From NCBI GenBank assembly GCA_014297435.1, contig JACOQA010000006.1:1-34590 (forward strand): a stretch of 34,590 bases of DNA. Direction: 5' to 3'. The notes under the pieces were generated by a model. The model did no database searches. It had not been told where the DNA came from and was given only the letters and a program-made list of their open reading frames with translations. The translations under genes were made by a program, and so were the position numbers. Positions within the stretch are counted from its first letter, which is position 1, and each line of letters opens with the position of its first letter. Source of the DNA: Candidatus Nanohaloarchaea archaeon. GTDB lineage: Archaea > Nanohalarchaeota > Nanosalinia > Nanosalinales > Nanosalinaceae. Below are positions 27,230 to 34,590 of this stretch, piece by piece.

Positions 27230-28442
27230 CTTTCCTTTCTATTTCCTTGCTGAGAACAGGGTTAACTGCGGACTGGAAGAAACTTCTTACAGTATCTCTG
27301 TACGCCTCGAAAGACTCCTCTGTATCCAGATATGAGATATCAAAATCTTCTGTAACGGTTAGTTCGTGGCTAAAACGTCCGTTCTTGAATCCTCCAAAGT
27401 CTTTCCTCGAGTTAACAAGCTTCTCTCTCATACGGGACTCAGCTTCCTCAGGTATCTCCGCAAACACTTTATGCGTCACATCGTCGTGAGAAACAACTTC
27501 AAGCCTGAAACCTAGGTCTTCTGTATCCTTAATTTTTATCCTGTTGTCTCCGTACTCTTTTTCTGTTCTCACTTTAGGTGTGAATAGCTCAGCGATGGTC
27601 TCGGTCGATACAACCCCCAGAGTTTCCATAACCTCTTTTTCAACCTCTTCAGGTTGTAGAACAAAACCGGACTCGACAGGTTCGAAAGTGCTTACCGCAG
27701 CGTAGAAAACTTCTCTGTCCATAGATTCAAGCCTCTCCCTTACCTGTTCAACTTTCTCCTTAACTCCTTTCACTGCGTCCCAGGAGTAAGGAATGTCGAA
27801 AAGTAGGGCGCTTTCACGCTCTTTGTGAGTCATTACTGCGTCGACAGGAAGTTTGAAATCAAAACTGCTTAAAGGCGGTCTTTTCAACTCAAGTTTTGTA
27901 TAATCCCTCTCCAGTTTTTCCAAAGGCTCTAATGCAGCGTTCACACGGTTCTCAAAAGGTTTCAAAGACCTGAATAGAAGTCTTGCCTGGCTCTGAGAAA
28001 GCTGCTTTCGTTCAACCATCTTCGCAACATCCCTCACCACTCTATCAGTATCTGTATAAACTAATTCCGACTGCAGGAACTGGTGAAGTGATTTGAACTC
28101 TACTGCTTCAAAGTCTTTCAGTGACGGTTTTCCTGAGCTGTTGATGAATATTCCTCTGTATTTGTGGTCGGAGACTTCTTCCACATCAAGACCTGTGTCT
28201 ATCGGGTTTGTCTTCAGCTTTTGAATATACTTTTTCATTCTGTCAAGGTCTTCTTCGCCTACTTCAGGTTTCTTCTTTGCGTCAAGAACCCAGACCTCTT
28301 TCTTTCCCTCTCTACTTATCCTGGCAAAGGCATCCGGTCTAGAGTTGTTGCTTAGAGAACCGACTCTTTCGAAGAAATCGAAATATCCTTCATACTGTCT
28401 GAGTACATCGAGTACGTCTCTCTGGAATACTTTCCAGCTCAT
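27222..28442 (-). CDS. protein with an N-terminal restriction-endonuclease-like PD-(D/E)XK domain
   Basis: WKVFQRDVLDVL...SRPDAFAR...WVLDAKKK. Confidence 0.65.
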   Translation of the reverse strand: MSWKVFQRDVLDVLRQYEGYFDFFERVGSLSNNSRPDAFARISREGKKEVWVLDAKKKPEVGEEDLDRMKKYIQKLKTNPIDTGLDVEEVSDHKYRGIFINSSGKPSLKDFEAVEFKSLHQFLQSELVYTDTDRVVRDVAKMVERKQLSQSQARLLFRSLKPFENRVNAALEPLEKLERDYTKLELKRPPLSSFDFKLPVDAVMTHKERESALLFDIPYSWDAVKGVKEKVEQVRERLESMDREVFYAAVSTFEPVESGFVLQPEEVEKEVMETLGVVSTETIAELFTPKVRTEKEYGDNRIKIKDTEDLGFRLEVVSHDDVTHKVFAEIPEEAESRMREKLVNSRKDFGGFKNGRFSHELTVTEDFDISYLDTEESFEAYRDTVRSFFQSAVNPVLSKEIERKVT

Positions 28443-29341
28443 TCTATTACCTCGTAGCTGTCGATCTTTCCGTCACCGTCCATGTCTTTTCCTTCTACGA
28501 CCCTGTAGAACTCCCCTGACCTGTAATCCTCTGTAATGGTTTCCAGGTTTTTGAAGGCTTCTACCGCCGCCTCAGTTCCTTCAGCTCTAACACCAGCCAC
28601 CAGAAAGATAGAGTTTTCCAGTTCTGCAGGATTATCGGCTTTCGCCACCACCCCAATTGACCCTGAGGTGTAGGTGTTTTCAGGAGTTTCAAGACCTCTG
28701 TACGGAAATTCTTCGGAGAATTCTACAGGAAAATCGCCGTTAAACCTTTTGGCAACGGTATTGGTTAGTATTCCTCCCAGTATCAATAGGTTTTGGTCAA
28801 AACTTGATTCGCGTTTTATCTCAGTGTCTAGCTTGACTTTTCTTCCTTTCCAGTCTGTATACGCACCTAGTTTTCTTCCGATTTCGAAGGCTAGATGGCC
28901 GTCAGCTGCTTTAACCTGATCAGGACCATGTTCCTCGGGCGAACCTACAACGACTTTGCCCTCAAGGTTTGAACCGTTTAGAAGCGGATCGAAGAATTCC
29001 TTGATGTGTTCAGGTTTTTCAGGAAAGAACCGTTTTTCTCCTTCTTTGCTGAAATCTATGCTGAAGGCGTCTGATGAAAGTTTGTAGAATGTTGCGATCC
29101 CTCCTGATCTTTTTTCCTGTCGTTCTTGTTTGATTATTCCCGAGTTTTTCAGCTTCTTGAAGTGGTAGTAGGTTTTCTGTTTTCCTATATCAAGTTCTTT
29201 GGCAATTTCAGCCGGATAAGATGGTTCTTCAGAAAGCAGGTTCAATATTTTTCTTCTGGTTGGATCTTTCAGGGCGTCGAGCTTCTCAGGGCTTAAATCC
29301 TTTGCTTCAAGTCTTTTGCCGCTCTTTAGAAGATCAGCCAT
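28439..29341 (-). CDS. ArsR-family HTH regulator with an S-layer-C-like C-terminal domain
   Basis: ALKDPTRRKILNLL..YPAEIAKEL..YYHFKKL HTH; NLLILGG..TN...LVAG...GTEAA; DMDGDGKID tail. Confidence 0.8.
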   Translation of the reverse strand: MADLLKSGKRLEAKDLSPEKLDALKDPTRRKILNLLSEEPSYPAEIAKELDIGKQKTYYHFKKLKNSGIIKQERQEKRSGGIATFYKLSSDAFSIDFSKEGEKRFFPEKPEHIKEFFDPLLNGSNLEGKVVVGSPEEHGPDQVKAADGHLAFEIGRKLGAYTDWKGRKVKLDTEIKRESSFDQNLLILGGILTNTVAKRFNGDFPVEFSEEFPYRGLETPENTYTSGSIGVVAKADNPAELENSIFLVAGVRAEGTEAAVEAFKNLETITEDYRSGEFYRVVEGKDMDGDGKIDSYEVIE

Positions 29342-29493
29342 TAAAATAAATCTTGTACCGGTATTATAAGTTTTTTATGGACTTCTCCAAATGAAAAGTT
29401 GGAACGGCCTAAAACGGGATTTAAGGTTCTTACCGTTCAGAAAATTGTTTCACCTGTCTGTTTATAACCCCGGAAAAATGATTAGTTGATTGT

Positions 29494-31209
29494 ATGTGCG
29501 GTATTGTAGGTTACAATGGTGAAAACGCCTCAGAGAAGATACTTGAAGGGCTTCAGAGACTGGAGTACCGAGGCTACGACTCAGCAGGAATCGCCACACT
29601 CTCCGAACAAATAGAAGTTGTGAAAGCTGAAGGCGAGGTAGATGAAGCTATCACAGAGCTGCCCTCAGGAAACACGGGGATAGGTCACACACGCTGGGCC
29701 ACACACGGCGGCGTAAACGACAGAAACGCTCATCCGCACACAGACTGCAAGAACAAGGTCGCGGTTGTACACAACGGAATAATACAGAATCACGAACAAC
29801 TCAAAGAAGAGCTGGAAGATCATAAATTCCGTTCCGAGACAGATACCGAAGTTATACCCCACCTAATCGAGGAAGCACTCAAGGAAGGACTTGAAGCCCG
29901 AGAAATATGTGAGATGCTTCAGGAAAAACTGGAAGGAGAGTACGCAATAGTCGCTTTACTTGAATCAGGTGAGATGATCGCATTAAGAAAAGGCTCTCCA
30001 CTTGTAATAGGCGTAGGGGATGGAGAAAATTTCCTAGGCTCGGATGTGACAGCTTTCATCCAACACACCGATCAGGCTATCTTCATGCAGAACGGCGACT
30101 ACGCCACAATTAATGAGGGAATTGATATCTACAAATCAGGGGAGAAAGTCGAAAGAGAAATAGAGAAAGTTGATTGGGATGCTCAACAGGCCTCGAAAAA
30201 CGGTTACGACCACTTCATGCTGAAGGAGATAGAACAGCAGCCGAAAACCGTGAAGAGAGCTGCATTCCAGGACAGGAAAGACATGGAAGAAGCCAAAAAA
30301 TTGATTGAAAACTCCAGAAAAGTTGTTTTAACAGGTTGCGGGACTTCAAGCTACGCTGCATCAATTGCAGCCAAATACTTCAGAGAAGCAGGTATCGAAG
30401 TAGTTTACGAGCAATCCCATGAAATCGAGTACCGTTCCAAAGAGTTCTCAGAAAAAGATCTTGTGATTGCATTAAGCCAGAGCGGGGAAACAGCAGACCT
30501 GCTTTCATTCCTCGAAAAGATAGATTCAAGGGTTTTAGGAATTGTAAACGTGGTTGGATCGACTCTTGACAGGCATTCTGACAAATCCCTCTACGTAAAT
30601 GCAGGACCTGAGATAGGTGTCGCCTCAACCAAAGCCTTTACAGGACAGCTAACAGTCATGAAGCTCCTGAAATACACTTTAGAGGATAAGCTTGAGGAAG
30701 GACGAGATTCTCTGACGGAAACTGCTGAAAAAATAGAGGAAGTAGTTGAAACCAACAAAAAAAGTATTGAAGAACTATCTGAAGAACTGAAGGACAAAGA
30801 TAATGTCTACTTCGTAGGACGTTACAGAGGTGTTGATGTAGCGAGAGAAGCCGCGTTAAAATTGAAAGAGCTCTCGTACATCCATGCTGAGGCGTTTCCT
30901 GGCGGAGAGTTCAAACACGGAACTCTAGCATTAGTTGAAGATGATACTCCGGTAGTCGGTTTTGTTAAAGATAGGGGCATGGAAGAAGTTATCTCGAATA
31001 TTGTGGAGGCAAAAAGCCGTGGCGCAAGTATAACGGGAGTTGGAGAGTCATTAGAAGGTTTTGAACATTTTATTGAGATACCGGAAGACAAAAACAGGGA
31101 GATACTTGAGGTAGTACCTTTCCAGCTTCTCGCTTACAGAACCGCTGTCAAACTAGGTCATAACCCGGATAAGCCCCGGAATCTGGCGAAATCTGTAACG
31201 GTGAAATAA
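29494..31209 (+). CDS. glmS: glutamine--fructose-6-phosphate aminotransferase
   Basis: MCGIVG, LEYRGYDSAG, GHTRWATHG, HNGII, SQSGET, VASTKAF, DKPRNLAKSVTV. Confidence 0.98.
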   Translation: MCGIVGYNGENASEKILEGLQRLEYRGYDSAGIATLSEQIEVVKAEGEVDEAITELPSGNTGIGHTRWATHGGVNDRNAHPHTDCKNKVAVVHNGIIQNHEQLKEELEDHKFRSETDTEVIPHLIEEALKEGLEAREICEMLQEKLEGEYAIVALLESGEMIALRKGSPLVIGVGDGENFLGSDVTAFIQHTDQAIFMQNGDYATINEGIDIYKSGEKVEREIEKVDWDAQQASKNGYDHFMLKEIEQQPKTVKRAAFQDRKDMEEAKKLIENSRKVVLTGCGTSSYAASIAAKYFREAGIEVVYEQSHEIEYRSKEFSEKDLVIALSQSGETADLLSFLEKIDSRVLGIVNVVGSTLDRHSDKSLYVNAGPEIGVASTKAFTGQLTVMKLLKYTLEDKLEEGRDSLTETAEKIEEVVETNKKSIEELSEELKDKDNVYFVGRYRGVDVAREAALKLKELSYIHAEAFPGGEFKHGTLALVEDDTPVVGFVKDRGMEEVISNIVEAKSRGASITGVGESLEGFEHFIEIPEDKNREILEVVPFQLLAYRTAVKLGHNPDKPRNLAKSVTVK

Positions 31210-31242
31210 ACGGTTTAAACTCTCCTCCACCAAGATTTCTCT

Positions 31243-31677
31243 ATGAAGAAGACACTTCCAGTCCTCGCGATCGGGCTTATGGTTGTATCAGCAGCAGGAA
31301 TAACGGTTGGCGACACAAGTTTCGACACCAAAGAGCTAAAAAATAAGTACAACTCGAACACAGACCAGCTACCAAGCTTTATGTCAGATCTGATAGGAGA
31401 TCAGACCATTAACCTGAACTATGAGAACATGACTTTTGGAGTTGAGATGGATGGAGTTAAGATAAACAGGACTTCGGAAAACGGTTTTAACGAAACAACT
31501 CTTAAGGTCTGGGCGGACAGCTCTGATGTAGAGAATATAACTAATTCCAAAGAACCTATCAAAGCTTTGAACAACCGTTTGAAGAACGATGAGATACGTT
31601 ATGAGACACAGGGAGTTGTTAACACTGTTAAGTTCTTTGTAGCTGAGCAGCTACTCAAGATAGGTTCATTCCTATAA
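31243..31677 (+). CDS. secreted hypothetical protein (possible SCP2-like fold)
   Basis: Signal peptide MKKTLPVLAIGLMVVSAAG; the fold call is tentative. Confidence 0.7.
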   Translation: MKKTLPVLAIGLMVVSAAGITVGDTSFDTKELKNKYNSNTDQLPSFMSDLIGDQTINLNYENMTFGVEMDGVKINRTSENGFNETTLKVWADSSDVENITNSKEPIKALNNRLKNDEIRYETQGVVNTVKFFVAEQLLKIGSFL

Positions 31678-31717
31678 TTTACCTTCTTTCTTAAAGACTT
31701 GATTTCAAGTTTAGATT

Positions 31718-32095
31718 GTGGCAGATACGCTTTACAAGCTCGAAGGATTGAAAGATGGCGACAGTATTCGTCTTGAAGATGCCGCTATAGTTCTAGATTA
31801 CAGAGGGAATTATAAGACGGAATCCGGACTTTACTGGAATGATCTAAGACTTGTCAAGAACGACTTTGAAGCCTCTGAACTTGTAGAAGCCCTCGAGTCA
31901 GATCTCAGCGTTAAGGAGTCAGAGCTTGGATTGAGAGAGATAAATGATTATGGGTAACTACTCGAGCAAAGATGTTACATAGAAGATTTTAACGCTTTCA
32001 GGTCTAGACTTAAAGCTAATAAAGAGGCTCTGGATCTTTTTGAAGTAATCAACGAGCTTGAGCAAAGATTGGAAGAGTTCAGCCAAGGTTACTGA
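31718..32095 (+). pseudogene. hypothetical gene interrupted by an in-frame TAA (31955-31957)
   Basis: After the 79-aa ORF stop, the same frame continues for 45 codons (LLEQRCYIEDFNAFRSRLKANKEALDLFEVINELEQRLEEFSQGY) to TGA at 32095. Confidence 0.55.
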
Positions 32096-32675
32096 AACCG
32101 ATATTTCTGTCCTCGACCTCCGCCTGGAAGGCCTTTAGATCGACTTCTCTATCATCGGAGTCGCGGTGGTAAGGAATTACTGTACTGGGCTTGATCATTA
32201 CCGCTGCTTTAACCGCTTCATCAACATCAAGCATCTCGCCGTTAACAGGTAGGAAAGCGATATCCACACACCCCTCAATATCCATCAGGGATTCGTCAAG
32301 TTCGAGCTTACCAGGTATGTAGAAATCTTTGTCTCTCATCCTGAAACGGTAGCCAAAGCTGTCTGAAGGACCTACAGCCTCAATCTCTACTCCGTAAACA
32401 TCGATTGTTTCGCCAGAACCAATACTTTCAGTATCTTCAAGCGGCACCTGACCTCTATCAATCTCCTTTGGAACTACCACACATGTTCGGCCGTTAGAAA
32501 CCTTGTCTATTGTTTCGGGATCAAAATGTTCGGGGTCGTTCCCTGTAACAAGTATTATGTCGGCGGAGAACTCGGAATCTTTTACGGGGTCAACAGCCAC
32601 AGTAAATCCTGCGTCTTCTATTCTGACCGTTGAAAGTCCTTCCCAGTTAATATTGAATCCGTCGAAATCTGCCAA
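32079..32675 (-). CDS. MBL-fold protein (UPF0173-like) with a degenerate metal site
   Basis: VAVDP, ADIILVTGNDPEH, DIAFLPVNG, AVMIKPSTVIPYH. Confidence 0.8.
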   Translation of the reverse strand: MADFDGFNINWEGLSTVRIEDAGFTVAVDPVKDSEFSADIILVTGNDPEHFDPETIDKVSNGRTCVVVPKEIDRGQVPLEDTESIGSGETIDVYGVEIEAVGPSDSFGYRFRMRDKDFYIPGKLELDESLMDIEGCVDIAFLPVNGEMLDVDEAVKAAVMIKPSTVIPYHRDSDDREVDLKAFQAEVEDRNIGFSNLG

Positions 32676-32795
32676 CTAGATGCACTCCCCTTAAAGTTTA
32701 TTGATTGCTCAAAATACTTTAAAACCATCGTTTTCGAGTATGTTCCTGCCACTTGATTAAAAACCTTTGCGGAACCTATAATTCTATACACACTT

Positions 32796-32878
32796 GCGGG
32801 GGTAGCCAAGTGGTCAAAGGCGCAGGATTTAGGCTCCTGTCCGTTAGCGGTTCGCAGGTTCAAATCCTGTCCCCTGCA
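32796..32878 (+). tRNA. tRNA-Leu(UAG)
   Basis: Acceptor GCGGGGG/CCCCTGC, anticodon stem CAGGA/TCCTG with loop TT-TAG-GC, long variable arm, T-loop TTCAAAT. Confidence 0.97.
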
Positions 32879-32917
32879 CTACTTCCTTCTCTAACAGAAA
32901 TTTCAACAAAAAACTAC

Positions 32918-32942
32918 GTAAACCGGTTGAAATACGGTTTAC
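32918..32942. promoter_or_regulatory. inverted repeat, candidate operator of the HTH-hsdM operon
   Basis: GTAAACCG-N9-CGGTTTAC with perfect 8-bp arms. Confidence 0.4.
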
Positions 32943-33029
32943 AACCAATGTTAGCACTGCCAAACAAATATCAGAAATGGTTTACCTAAAACAAAATATT
33001 GTTAAAGGTGTATACTACAAAACAATAGT

Positions 33030-33602
33030 GTGAGGATTCTAATAGACAACACTGGTCAGGGTCAACTTGAAGTTCTTGGAGTATTGACCGACCAACAGGA
33101 TTTAAGACAGAAGGATATCGTTAGGATAAGTTCGTTGAGCAAAGGTTCTGTTTCCTCAAATGTTGCTAAACTGGAAGAAAAAGACCTCATTAAGACTAAT
33201 TCTGGCATTCTGAAGATTAATAGGGAAAAAATACTTTCGTTCTACAGAGAACATCTCGAAAACTTTCTGATCAGGGACAAGAACGATCCCGAAGAGCTTA
33301 ACGAGATAAGAACTTTGACGAAGAAAGAGATCGAAGAGATCTTCGAAACACACAAAGAAGAACTATGGAGCATAATTAGCAAAGTTCTTTCACAGGCTGG
33401 AGAACGAAGCGATATAGAATCAATCAATTCAGTATTCAAGGAAACAGACAGAGCTATTAGAGAATACGTTACCTCCAAAGATGGTTCAGATTTTAAACTA
33501 ATAGCAATCGTCACAGACAAGTCCTACTCACTGATTGAAAACTTAGAGGAAACGGACAACTTGAAACAGGCAAGAAATATACTAGAAGAGGTTAAAGAAT
33601 GA
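33030..33602 (+). CDS. MarR-like winged-helix protein
   Basis: QLEVLGVL...RQKDIVRISSLSKGSVSSNVAKLEEKDLI. Confidence 0.8.
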   Translation: MRILIDNTGQGQLEVLGVLTDQQDLRQKDIVRISSLSKGSVSSNVAKLEEKDLIKTNSGILKINREKILSFYREHLENFLIRDKNDPEELNEIRTLTKKEIEEIFETHKEELWSIISKVLSQAGERSDIESINSVFKETDRAIREYVTSKDGSDFKLIAIVTDKSYSLIENLEETDNLKQARNILEEVKE

Positions 33603-34590
33603 ACGCAGTTACAGAAGAAGAACTAAGAGACCACCTGTTCAAATGCGCAGACATTATCCGCGACAGAGTGGATCCAACCGACTACAAAACCTATATTCTC
33701 CCCGTCGTCTTCTACAAAGCAATAGACGACACATACCAAGACAGGTACGAAGAAGCGCTGGAAGAAACAGGAGACGAAGAACTAGCAAGAGATGAGGCCT
33801 TCCACGACTTCCAGATCCCAGAAGACTACAGATACGAGAAAGCTAAGAATCAGACTGAAAACGTGGATCAATTTTTGAACGAAGCCTTCGATGCTCTCGA
33901 AGCAGAAAACCCCGAGAAACTGGAAAATATCTTCAGAGTTAACTTTGTGAATGCAGACGGAATCGACCACGATACACTCCACAGAATGCTGGAGCACCTA
34001 GATACCAAAAACATGTCTCTGGAGAGAGTGAAGCCAGATATTCTCGGAGAAGCCTACATGGACCTCGTCCGAGACTTCGCAGAATCGGAAGGAAAAGATG
34101 GAGGTCAGTTCTTCACACCACAGGAAATGGTCCAGTTAATGGCTGACGTACTGAACCCGGAGAACGGCGACGGAACAATCAAAGTCTACGACCCAACAGT
34201 AGGATCAGCAGGAATGCTAGTAGAAATGGCTGAACACTACAGAGAAATCGGAGACCCAAAGAAAGACCTACTACTGAAAGGACAGGAAATCAACCCCGGA
34301 ATCGCACCAATCGCAAGAATGAACCTGTTCCTCCACGATCTGGATGGAGAAATTACACGAGAAGACTCGCTTTCCAATCCACAATTTACTCAGGACGGCA
34401 AACTAGAGAAGTTCGACTACGTACTTGCGAATCCTCCGTTCTCCGCCGACTGGCAGAAAGACGCATGTCAGGACGATAAGTTTAATCGTTTCGACTGGGG
34501 AATGGCCCGAGCAGACCGCGCCGACTACGCATTCATCCAACACATGATCGCATCACTGAATGAAGAAGGAAAGATGGCCTGCGTCATACC
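33599..34590 (+). CDS. hsdM: type I restriction-modification methyltransferase subunit M (3'-truncated by the window)
   Basis: Not in the ORF track. MNAVTEEELRDHLFKCADIIR.., DILGEAY, GGQFFTP, YDPTVGSAGML, GQEIN, MNLFLH, VLANPPFS. ATGA overlap with the HTH gene. Confidence 0.96.
   Translation, partial: MNAVTEEELRDHLFKCADIIRDRVDPTDYKTYILPVVFYKAIDDTYQDRYEEALEETGDEELARDEAFHDFQIPEDYRYEKAKNQTENVDQFLNEAFDALEAENPEKLENIFRVNFVNADGIDHDTLHRMLEHLDTKNMSLERVKPDILGEAYMDLVRDFAESEGKDGGQFFTPQEMVQLMADVLNPENGDGTIKVYDPTVGSAGMLVEMAEHYREIGDPKKDLLLKGQEINPGIAPIARMNLFLHDLDGEITREDSLSNPQFTQDGKLEKFDYVLANPPFSADWQKDACQDDKFNRFDWGMARADRADYAFIQHMIASLNEEGKMACVI

Noticed and set aside
32618-32989. ORFs 32618..32863 and 32753..32989
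   Set aside because: They overlap tRNA-Leu and are spurious translations.

Overview
Archaeal chromosomal DNA, most likely from a nanohaloarchaeon (DPANN). This is an inference from the strongly acidic proteins, moderate GC, dense packing with overlapping genes, archaeal markers (rpl40e, PINA, CCA-less tRNAs, an intron-containing tRNA-Trp) and a haloarchaeal-type nrdR-nrdJ. Core genes: EamA transporter, rpl40e, uppP, BtuF-like protein, nfo, NYN nuclease, CBS-HPF hibernation factor, PINA, nrdR-nrdJ with two NrdR boxes, beta-CASP nuclease, small Toprim protein, pcm, glmS, and tRNA-Thr(GGU), tRNA-Trp(CCA) and tRNA-Leu(UAG). There are two accessory regions. The first is a ~5.5 kb candidate defence island between nrdJ and tRNA-Trp, with an AT-rich ABC-ATPase plus TOPRIM pair and two diverged paralogous D..QxK nucleases flanking an orphan gene. 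The second is an HTH gene coupled to a type I hsdM just after tRNA-Leu. Features missing from the ORF track include rpl40e, a 42-aa zinc-finger microprotein, the partial hsdM, and a minimal single-K-turn C/D guide in the tRNA-Trp intron that targets its own C34. No CRISPR array or integrase was seen. All family assignments are by motif recognition, without database searches.
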